64,000 nucleotides of DNA from a virus (taxonomy: Duplodnaviria > Caudoviricetes). The notes below the pieces were generated by a model. The model saw only the letters and a list, made by a program, of their open reading frames with translations. It was not told the DNA's origin and made no database searches. This document shows positions 54,190-62,139 of the stretch, one piece after another; within the stretch, counting starts at the first letter, position 1, and every line of letters begins with the position of its first letter. The translations under genes were made by a program, and so were the position numbers. Location: IMG/VR virus record IMGVR_UViG_3300048631_000217, one strand, 5' to 3'.

Positions 54190-54564
54190 TTAATGATACT
54201 TGTACTTCTTAGATAGACTACTAGCAGAAAGAATTTCATCAAGAAGGTCCGTAGGACCGTCTTCCGTAGGAAGACCTTCAGAGTCATTATCCTGATCCCT
54301 TTCATGGAACTTGTTGTAGTATTCCATGGCCGTTTCTGAAGCGGGATGAACATACATGATATCCCCCTTATGGACCCTTACCTGATCTTCGGATGACAGG
54401 AACAACATGTCTTCCATGAATGGCCCGTATTGCATATTTATCTGGTATCTGACGGGACTTGTTAGGGTCAGGAATGACTTGTCGGTTTCCGTCAACTCGT
54501 CATTGTCATATATATAGGCAAGCACGTCATCCCCACATCTGTATTTCAGATAGTATAAACTCAT
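54190..54564 (-). CDS. Hypothetical protein between uvsW and gp55
   Basis: Position as in other T4-like phages; coupled to the uvsW stop. Confidence 0.75.
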   Translation of the reverse strand: MSLYYLKYRCGDDVLAYIYDNDELTETDKSFLTLTSPVRYQINMQYGPFMEDMLFLSSEDQVRVHKGDIMYVHPASETAMEYYNKFHERDQDNDSEGLPTEDGPTDLLDEILSASSLSKKYKYH

Positions 54565-56027
54565 TTCAACTCCACTTTGTAAATCTTGACCTTGAAGCCT
54601 TCCTTGGTATACATGTCCATTCTCTCGCGAAAATGCTTCATGGAATAGTTCTCACCAACGGTTGACAGGTCATCAACTATATCATATAGCTTCGTGTGTG
54701 TGCTGTCTTTCCCTCGTCTTAACCCCCGCCCGATGGATTGCAACACCCGTTTCTTCGACTTATAGGCAATCGTGAATATGATGTTGTCAAGGCGTTTGAT
54801 GTTGGTTCCGCGCGAAAAGGTTCCATATGACCCCAATACTACAGCATTGTCCGACTTCTCGACAATGGCCCGAACCTTTTCCCTAACGTCAGCATCGACT
54901 TTTCCATGTACGTAATGTACAGGTTTCTTACCAGATTCGAGAATAGGTTTGATGATATCCCCGTGTCTCTTGATATGCGTGAATAACAAGAGGCTATTAC
55001 CGTCTATGTTTTCAGCAAGCTTCGCAATGTATTTATTGCGACATTCAAGGTTCTCAAGGAATTCTATTTCCTTGTCATATGATGACTTCCCCTTACCATT
55101 CTTCAATGCTTTGCGTGTCGTCTCCGAATGAGATAAGACCAATACATTGATTGTCAGTTCTGATAGATATCCTTGGTCTATGAGATCCTTAGTCGTTACG
55201 TATTGCCTGATCGGACCAAATAACCCTGTCAACACAAGACGATCTGTTTTGCAATCCTCTAGGGTTCCGGTGAACCCATAACGATACGGAACCTGCACAC
55301 ATTTTTCAAGTAGTTTTTTAAGAGATTCCGCAGAGAATTCGTCTGCCTCATCCCCTATCACGCAATCGAATTGCGAGAACCATGATTCAGGTAATCGGAA
55401 AATGCTTTGCCATGTTGACAGGACGATAGGGGCGTCAGTGTCCTTGGAAGACCCTTCGGCGATCATATGCAAATCTGTTGCATTTCCGCCAGCATAGTCT
55501 GCAAAATCACCTGCAATCTGTTTCACCAACCCGACCGAAGGCAAGACGACAAGAGTTCGTTTCCCTTTGGCCTTCATGTATTGAGCCAATAGGTATACCA
55601 CAAAGGACTTGCCGGATGCGGTAGGAGAAATGTAGAACCCTCTTCCATTTCTAAGGGCATCCGCGACTAACAGACTCTGATAGTAACGCGGTTTGAATTC
55701 ATCACTTGTTCCGATAGATTTTGTGATAACTTCTGCCGCATTGTCGGGAACGTTTTTGGTATTCCTGACGCCTTCGCCGACCGCTACACTGTACCCATTG
55801 TCACTACACCATGCCTCGACTTCATCAACCAACCCGGTATAAATCTGACGATTGTTCTTGTTGAGCAGACGTATCTTTCCGTCCCAAAACCCTTCTTTAA
55901 ACTTCGGGGAAAATTGCGCACCTTCCACGAAGAATGTGAAATGATCCGACATTTGACGAATGATGTGGATTTCGGCATCTACTGCAATATAAGTTTCGTT
56001 AACCTTACGTAATGTTACGTCATGCAC
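54561..56027 (-). CDS. uvsW: SF2 helicase UvsW
   Basis: WDGKIRL, SPTASGKS, GDEAD, GFTGT, QSIGRGLR. Confidence 0.96.
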   Translation of the reverse strand: MHDVTLRKVNETYIAVDAEIHIIRQMSDHFTFFVEGAQFSPKFKEGFWDGKIRLLNKNNRQIYTGLVDEVEAWCSDNGYSVAVGEGVRNTKNVPDNAAEVITKSIGTSDEFKPRYYQSLLVADALRNGRGFYISPTASGKSFVVYLLAQYMKAKGKRTLVVLPSVGLVKQIAGDFADYAGGNATDLHMIAEGSSKDTDAPIVLSTWQSIFRLPESWFSQFDCVIGDEADEFSAESLKKLLEKCVQVPYRYGFTGTLEDCKTDRLVLTGLFGPIRQYVTTKDLIDQGYLSELTINVLVLSHSETTRKALKNGKGKSSYDKEIEFLENLECRNKYIAKLAENIDGNSLLLFTHIKRHGDIIKPILESGKKPVHYVHGKVDADVREKVRAIVEKSDNAVVLGSYGTFSRGTNIKRLDNIIFTIAYKSKKRVLQSIGRGLRRGKDSTHTKLYDIVDDLSTVGENYSMKHFRERMDMYTKEGFKVKIYKVELK

Positions 56028-56457
56028 CTGTCTTGAACCTTTCCCAATCTACGATGGCTCGGATTGAATATCCTCTTTGCTTGATTTCCTTGATGATGCT
56101 TTCCAGAAAATTAACCTTCTGTTTCTGGTATGCTACTCGAAGCTGTTCCGTCTTCACCTCATCATCATCATTGATGATTTCTGGTAGGTCTTGCTTCAGG
56201 ATGCGGAGCGGATAGGGTTTCCAGCCGCGTTCGCGCATGATATCGTCATCAAGTGTTCCTGAATAATGCTCGCGTTTCAAACGCTTCAGATGACCTAGTT
56301 CTATCATCATCTTTTCGAGTTTGAGATATTCGCGCACATAGATACCATAATACTTGTTGTGCAGCTTCGGGGTTCGGCGGGTTTCGTCTGTCATATCCGG
56401 GCCAAATACCCCGTCTTTTTCCCACGCCTCTTCAATTTCTTCCAGCTTCATGATCAT
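56020..56457 (-). CDS. uvsY: Recombination mediator UvsY
   Basis: PKLHNKY, RGYSIR..VDW..F. Confidence 0.9.
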   Translation of the reverse strand: MIMKLEEIEEAWEKDGVFGPDMTDETRRTPKLHNKYYGIYVREYLKLEKMMIELGHLKRLKREHYSGTLDDDIMRERGWKPYPLRILKQDLPEIINDDDEVKTEQLRVAYQKQKVNFLESIIKEIKQRGYSIRAIVDWERFKTGA

Positions 56458-56465
56458 CCTTGTTT

Positions 56466-56948
56466 TCAGAGTTTTTTGTAAGAAAAGCTTTCATAGTTGA
56501 AAGTTACTTGACATTCCGAATATTGCACATCTGCGTTGGTTATGTCAAGGTCTATGTCGCCCAATGCCATCGGCCACATGTTCTTGAATGTTACCTCTAT
56601 GTTCGGATTTTGGTTGCTGTTCAGGATGATCAAAGACCCGTCCGAGTATAGACCATCATCTGCCTTCAGGTTGGCAAACTGGCCGAAATCGTCGGGGAAG
56701 GTAAGACCGATCATCCATCCCATGATTTCAGCATGGTTCCGCATGTCTTCATCGACTTTGAACGTTAGTGTGAATTCCCCGAATTCTAGTTGGTCTCCGT
56801 GGATAGGAAGTGACTTGAATGGTGTCGGAAAATTCACCTTGTTGGCGGTAAGGCCGGGTAAGTTTGCCTTCTGTCCGAAGTAGGATACTTGCGGCAACCT
56901 CTTGATATTAAAACGAAAACCGTTTGGTGAAAGGTAGTTGTTCAACAT
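56466..56948 (-). CDS. Tail completion/terminator protein (gp3-like)
   Basis: NYLSPNGF.F, F.VDED..N..EI..W; late promoter at 56971-56977. Confidence 0.9.
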   Translation of the reverse strand: MLNNYLSPNGFRFNIKRLPQVSYFGQKANLPGLTANKVNFPTPFKSLPIHGDQLEFGEFTLTFKVDEDMRNHAEIMGWMIGLTFPDDFGQFANLKADDGLYSDGSLIILNSNQNPNIEVTFKNMWPMALGDIDLDITNADVQYSECQVTFNYESFSYKKL

Positions 56949-56980
56949 GTTAAAAATCCTCGTTTTCTTGTATTTATCCC

Positions 56981-57032
56981 TTGACTAAAGGTTATGTTGG
57001 CCCTATATTAATCATGTAAGCGATAGAAAGGA
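56981..57032 (+). promoter_or_regulatory. Early promoter cassette
   Basis: TTGACT-N17-TATATT plus the shared leader. Confidence 0.85.
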
Positions 57033-57039
57033 CTGACAG

Positions 57040-57405
57040 ATGGCCTATATCTCTACCGAAAAAGTCAAGACCATTCGCGAACGCCTGAAAGAAGCTTTCC
57101 CCCGCAAGGACGGCTGGAAGTTTTCGGTCACGCGGCGGAATGCGATGGCGGTTTGTGTCGTCATCCTTGAAGGCCCCATCGAATTCAAGGACGCTGAGGG
57201 GAACGATCTCTCCTATAGTCAGGTCAACAAATACCACATCGACCGTTTCAACGCCAAGGAATCTGCGGAAGTTCTCAAAAAGATTCTCGACATCATGACC
57301 ATTGACTACTATGATAATAGTGACATCATGACCGACTACTTCGATGTTGCCTATTATCGGGATCTGATGGTCGGTCGCTGGGATCGTCCCTACAAGAAGG
57401 TGTGA
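57040..57405 (+). CDS. Early hypothetical protein (LPD29-like)
   Basis: IR..LK..FP...KFSV; DNSDIMTDYFDV..Y. Confidence 0.8.
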   Translation: MAYISTEKVKTIRERLKEAFPRKDGWKFSVTRRNAMAVCVVILEGPIEFKDAEGNDLSYSQVNKYHIDRFNAKESAEVLKKILDIMTIDYYDNSDIMTDYFDVAYYRDLMVGRWDRPYKKV

Positions 57406-57409
57406 GGCT

Positions 57410-57628
57410 ATGAACATTACCAAACCCTACAATATGTTCCGCGTTCTCGGAAAAGAGGATTTCGAAATCGAAGTCATCGGCGGCACGATCTATGCCTTCG
57501 GTAGTGAGGTAGGAACCCTGCGTCTCTTCAAGGAATACAATAAGGTCACACGTAACGAGCGAACCGATCAAGGGTTTTCTAAGAACCTGCAAAAGTTCTA
57601 TTTCCGCCTTGAACTTCGGCATAGCTAG
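57410..57628 (+). CDS. Hypothetical protein
   Basis: GAGG SD; operonic. Confidence 0.7.
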   Translation: MNITKPYNMFRVLGKEDFEIEVIGGTIYAFGSEVGTLRLFKEYNKVTRNERTDQGFSKNLQKFYFRLELRHS

Positions 57629-57630
57629 TA

Positions 57631-59115
57631 ATGAACCAGAACGATTTAAGAAAACTCTTCCAAGACGAAGGAATGTCTGTGGCCGATATCTCGAATGAAT
57701 TCGGGGTATCGGTCGCGACCGTTTATCGTAGCCTGAAAAGATTTGATCTTCTGCCAAAGACAACCAAACCATCCAAAGACGAGTTGTCAAAGGTGTATGA
57801 CAGACCCGGAATGTCGATTACCGGGCTTGCGAAGCATTATAGCAAATCTGCGGTGACGATTCGTCAATGGCTTGACGAATACGGAATCGTTCGCAAGGGG
57901 CATCTTCAGACATGTCGCGAAGTGAATGCAGGTAAACAGGCGAATACGCCCGCCCGAGACATATTCGAAAACGACTATAAGTCGCATACTATACAGGAAT
58001 TGCTAAGGAAATACAACACTTCCCCCGCAACTCTTTACACATGGATAAATGGTTTCGGGTTGTCGCGGGACCATTCTGAATCCTGTGTCAAAGCCAAAGC
58101 CGTAGAACATGCCGATATCAGGCCGGGGAAGGAAGAATTCGAACGCCTGTATAATGATCACGGAAATCTTAAATCCGTGGCTGAGGTGATTGGATGTTCC
58201 TATTCCCATGTCAGGATGTTGGCACGTCAATATGATATTGAGGTTGATAAACCGTGGCGATCACATGCGGAAAAGACCCTACAAGAGACCCTTAATACCA
58301 CCATACCTGACGGGAATTGGATTGGATGTGATCGGACCATTATCGCCCCATATGAACTTGATATCGTATCCGAACCCTATCGGATAGCCATAGAATACTG
58401 TGGTTCATATTGGCATTCTGAAGGGTTTGGACAAAAGCCGCGCGACTATCATAGGCGGAAAATGCTTTCGGTTAATGAGGCGGGTTACAGGCTCGTTACC
58501 ATCTTTGAATGGGATGATCCTGCCAAAGTCATATCTCTGATTAGAACCATGACCGGACAGACGATCCGTATCCACGGGCGAAAGACGAAACCTGTATTGA
58601 TAGAATCGAATATAGCCGCAGATTTCCACAACACTCACCACCTTTCAGGTGCTAGAGGTGGGTCTTATCATATCGGGCTGTATCATGCCGATACGCTTGT
58701 CATGGTTCTGACAATGGGCAGACCACGTTTCAAATCCAAGGCAGAATGGGAATGTGTGCGTATGACATCGCACTCGGATTACAGGGTTGTCGGCGGGGCG
58801 TCCAAACTATTCAAGGCGTTTCGGGGAATGATAGACACCGGCTCTATATTGACCTTTGCTGATCTACGTTTCGGAAACGGTTCTGTATATGAGAAATGCG
58901 GATTTGAACGTTTGAAGGATTCGCCCCCGAACTACTGGTATTTCCATAAGGATAGACCGCAATCGTGCTATTCTAGGGTCAAGTTTCAGAAACACAAATT
59001 GGTCAATGAGTTGGAACATTTTGATGATGGATTGACCGAATACGAAAACATGAAAGCAAACAATTGGGATCGTGTTTGGGATTGTGGAAATGCTGTCTAT
59101 GTTTGGGCAAAATAA
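57631..59115 (+). CDS. Hef-like free-standing homing endonuclease: HTH repeats, Vsr/PD-(D/E)xK domain and GNAT-like C-terminus
   Basis: Four HTH-like repeats; ELDI...AIEYCG.YWH; GGASKL...TFAD.RF..G..Y...GF. Confidence 0.8.
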   Translation: MNQNDLRKLFQDEGMSVADISNEFGVSVATVYRSLKRFDLLPKTTKPSKDELSKVYDRPGMSITGLAKHYSKSAVTIRQWLDEYGIVRKGHLQTCREVNAGKQANTPARDIFENDYKSHTIQELLRKYNTSPATLYTWINGFGLSRDHSESCVKAKAVEHADIRPGKEEFERLYNDHGNLKSVAEVIGCSYSHVRMLARQYDIEVDKPWRSHAEKTLQETLNTTIPDGNWIGCDRTIIAPYELDIVSEPYRIAIEYCGSYWHSEGFGQKPRDYHRRKMLSVNEAGYRLVTIFEWDDPAKVISLIRTMTGQTIRIHGRKTKPVLIESNIAADFHNTHHLSGARGGSYHIGLYHADTLVMVLTMGRPRFKSKAEWECVRMTSHSDYRVVGGASKLFKAFRGMIDTGSILTFADLRFGNGSVYEKCGFERLKDSPPNYWYFHKDRPQSCYSRVKFQKHKLVNELEHFDDGLTEYENMKANNWDRVWDCGNAVYVWAK

Positions 59116-59137
59116 AAGGGGGCCGAAGCCCCCTTTT
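59113..59137. terminator. Bidirectional terminator
   Basis: AAAAGGGGGC-CGAA-GCCCCCTTTT between convergent genes. Confidence 0.85.
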
Positions 59138-59159
59138 CGGATAGTTGACCTATCTCTTA

Positions 59160-60428
59160 TTAGATTAGGTTGCTGATCAGCGAACGGCGATAGTAGACGT
59201 TGCTGTTCGGGGTCAACGCACCAGCACCTTTTACTGCACCTTCGGCAAACGGGTTTGCGACCAGACCGTAACGGGTTTTGAAGCCAATTTTCGGCTGGAA
59301 AGTATTCTCACCCATTGCGCGTACGAATTGCAGCGGCACGTAAGGGCAGTAGAACAATCCGGCATCGAAAGAACTTGCGCCCTTATATCCGACAACCATG
59401 TATTCGCCACCGGCATACGGATCGACGTAGACTTTGTAACGGCCATTGATCGTACCGGCGAACGTGTTTCCGGTATCATCGACATTCAGGCTGTCTTTTA
59501 GTGCAGGAGTATAATCCAACACGCCAGCCATTGTCAGAGCCGAAGCCACGTTTGAAGAACATAGAATGATGTTACCGCGACCACGGCGAGTCTCTTTGGC
59601 GATCTGGTTAGCCTCACGCTCGATCTGGAACATCAGACCCTTGAACTTCTCAACTAGCCAACGCCCGTTTGCATCAACGTCCAAGTCGAATGTTCCGGCG
59701 ACGGCAACACCAGTCTGAGAACCAGCTTTAGCGGTATTGTAAACGGTACGAACCGCTTCACGGTTAATGTCGGCAAGAATTTCAGCCGTCAGGATGTTCG
59801 AAAGTTCTTTCTCGGCGTCCAGACCGTGAATGGCTTTCAAATCCTGTGCCATTTCTGTAGTGTATTCGGCTTTCAGGGCACGGCTACCGGCAGTCACTGA
59901 AACCTTTTCGATTTCGAACGCCATTTCAGGGAAGGCGTTGTTGGCGCTATCACCAAGGGCTTCGGCAGCGGCTGTGGTCATTGACGTACCAGTATTTGCC
60001 GTAGCGGCAGTACCAGTTGTTCCCGCTTGTGTCCCTGCACCGGAGAAGTCGGTTTGCGCTTCATTATAGAAGGCTTCCGTACCTGCCGGGCTTGTGTATT
60101 TCGAACGCATTGCGAAAACAAGTCCGGTCGGTCCTGTCATCGGCTGAACGCCCATAATATCATAACTGACAAGATTGGGCATCGAACGGCGCACTAGCGA
60201 CACAAGAACCGGGTCATAGTTCTGGACACCGCCAGCGGATACCGAGTTCGTCGGCGCGGCTTCGGCCAGTAGACCGTTTTGTGACGTGATATCGCCATTC
60301 TTGATAGCAACTTCCGTATTTTCCAGAAGCTGAGCCACAACACCCTTGCGGGTATGGTCGCCAATTTTCGGCAATTCACTGTGTTCTAATACAGCTTGCC
60401 ACTTTTTCTTTAGGTCTTCGATAGACAT
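59160..60428 (-). CDS. Major capsid protein (gp23-like)
   Basis: GVQPMTGPTGLVFAMR, AQDLKAIHGLDAE.EL, FQPKIGFKTRYG. Confidence 0.98.
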   Translation of the reverse strand: MSIEDLKKKWQAVLEHSELPKIGDHTRKGVVAQLLENTEVAIKNGDITSQNGLLAEAAPTNSVSAGGVQNYDPVLVSLVRRSMPNLVSYDIMGVQPMTGPTGLVFAMRSKYTSPAGTEAFYNEAQTDFSGAGTQAGTTGTAATANTGTSMTTAAAEALGDSANNAFPEMAFEIEKVSVTAGSRALKAEYTTEMAQDLKAIHGLDAEKELSNILTAEILADINREAVRTVYNTAKAGSQTGVAVAGTFDLDVDANGRWLVEKFKGLMFQIEREANQIAKETRRGRGNIILCSSNVASALTMAGVLDYTPALKDSLNVDDTGNTFAGTINGRYKVYVDPYAGGEYMVVGYKGASSFDAGLFYCPYVPLQFVRAMGENTFQPKIGFKTRYGLVANPFAEGAVKGAGALTPNSNVYYRRSLISNLI

Positions 60429-60462
60429 CAAAACTCTCCTGTATGGTGTTGTTTCTTATGGT

Positions 60463-60468
60463 TATTTA
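60463..60468 (-). promoter_or_regulatory. Late promoter
   Basis: CCTAAATA upstream of the gp23 SD. Confidence 0.65.
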
Positions 60469-60475
60469 GGTTATC

Positions 60476-61414
60476 TTATTTTCTAATTGATTTAGAAATT
60501 GCTTCGATGTATCCCGCCATTTCGGGGTCTACTTTCTTCACGTCTTCTTCTAATTCAACTTCCTCATAAAGATCGTTGCCGGGTTTTACGACAGATTTCG
60601 AACCAAAATAGTTTTCCTTGATAATCGAAATCTTGCGTTTGAAATCATCGGTATTCTTGTATTCAAGACCTTCAGTCAGGCTACGGAACTTTTCAATGCT
60701 CGTTTCGACCAGACCTTCCGAAACCTCTTCGAAAACGTCTTTGATTTCTGTTTCAAGTAGACGCTTGTTCAATTCGATTTGAGTATTTTCCGATTCATCA
60801 AGCTTTGCTTTCAGTTGCTCAATTTCTTCAGACATTTCCGCAATCGCGTCGATCTTGTCTTCTGGTACGTCGATATTATGTTCTGTGAACAGTTCTTTCA
60901 GCCCATTCAGGAAGCTTTCAGCCATTTCCGAACGGATACCCTGTTCAATAGCGACCGAGTTTTCTTCTAGCCAATTCTCGACAACCGCATCAAGATACGT
61001 ATCAAGTTTTTCGGTAATGTCTTTAAGAACAACGTCAGTCTCTTCGGCAAGACGTGTTTCGTATTCTTCTTCAAGACGACCATGTTCTTTCGAAATAGCT
61101 TCGTTAACCGCAGCTTCGAAAACGACAGTCACCTTGTCTTTGAATTCTTCGGAAAGATCCTGCCCGGCGAACATTTCGTCAACCGACTCTTTCACTGTAC
61201 CTTTGTCTGCCAATCTCTTAGGTGCCTTTTTGATTGTGGTATCCCCTTGCGGCGTCTTTACATCATCTTCGACTTCACCCGCATTCGGGTCTACGCTTTG
61301 ATGTTTATCTGCGGCGCGGTTCTTACCTTTCGCTGCACCACCAGCGGCAGGAACGGGATCATTAACCTCGTTTTCGCCGCGTGTGGCTTTTAGTTCGTCA
61401 AGTTGTTCCGACAT
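60476..61414 (-). CDS. Prohead scaffold (gp22-like)
   Basis: LSEEFK.K...FEAAV, W.EEN..AIE.G; late promoter at 61443-61449. Confidence 0.93.
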   Translation of the reverse strand: MSEQLDELKATRGENEVNDPVPAAGGAAKGKNRAADKHQSVDPNAGEVEDDVKTPQGDTTIKKAPKRLADKGTVKESVDEMFAGQDLSEEFKDKVTVVFEAAVNEAISKEHGRLEEEYETRLAEETDVVLKDITEKLDTYLDAVVENWLEENSVAIEQGIRSEMAESFLNGLKELFTEHNIDVPEDKIDAIAEMSEEIEQLKAKLDESENTQIELNKRLLETEIKDVFEEVSEGLVETSIEKFRSLTEGLEYKNTDDFKRKISIIKENYFGSKSVVKPGNDLYEEVELEEDVKKVDPEMAGYIEAISKSIRK

Positions 61415-61462
61415 TGAAAAACTCCTTTGTTGAATTCTGTTGTATTTATGTATTTGTGATTT

Positions 61463-62125
61463 TTACGTTAAAGTCTTTATGAATTTGTTGAATAGGCGGA
61501 TAGCGTTTTCTTCCAATTCCTTGCTATTCATGGTCTTGACTTCTTCCTCAATTTGACCAAGGGTCGTTTCCCTGATCCAGCTACCAGAAGCAACATCATA
61601 GACCCATTCGACACCTTCCATGATACCTCTCACGAAGGCTGAGGGTGCCGATGGATCAGCAACGATATCCCCGGCTGTCGCCAGTCTGAAATCGTTCTGT
61701 ACTTCCATGATACCTTGTCTATTCGCCTTCAAAGACCCCATACCTCTAGAAGAGATACCTAGGGTCGCTCCCTCATCCATAAGCGATTTGACGATCTTGC
61801 CCATAGGCGTATGATCCGTGACTTTAGCGCGACCAACAAAGTTTGAGCCGTCTTGCTTCAATTCGGTAATGATATGCGAAACCCGGTCAAGGTTGATTGT
61901 CGGACCTTGGGGATGCCCTAATTCTCCGAAGGCTCGTTTCTTGGTCACGTAATTCGCATTGTATCGGTCAACCTCTTCGGCTATGATACTGCTAGGGTAT
62001 ACGCGACCATTACGATTCTTAATGTCACCCTGCATGAAGATACCTTCGATGAAGTATTTCTTTTCACCGTCGATATCCTCTTTGAGATACTTAATCTCTT
62101 CCGTGACTTCGCAAATCAGTTTCAT
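61463..62125 (-). CDS. Prohead protease (gp21-like)
   Basis: NRNGRVY, GELGHP, GISSRGMGSL, DIVADPSAP. Confidence 0.96.
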   Translation of the reverse strand: MKLICEVTEEIKYLKEDIDGEKKYFIEGIFMQGDIKNRNGRVYPSSIIAEEVDRYNANYVTKKRAFGELGHPQGPTINLDRVSHIITELKQDGSNFVGRAKVTDHTPMGKIVKSLMDEGATLGISSRGMGSLKANRQGIMEVQNDFRLATAGDIVADPSAPSAFVRGIMEGVEWVYDVASGSWIRETTLGQIEEEVKTMNSKELEENAIRLFNKFIKTLT

Positions 62126-62139
62126 GTTAGTTCCTTATC

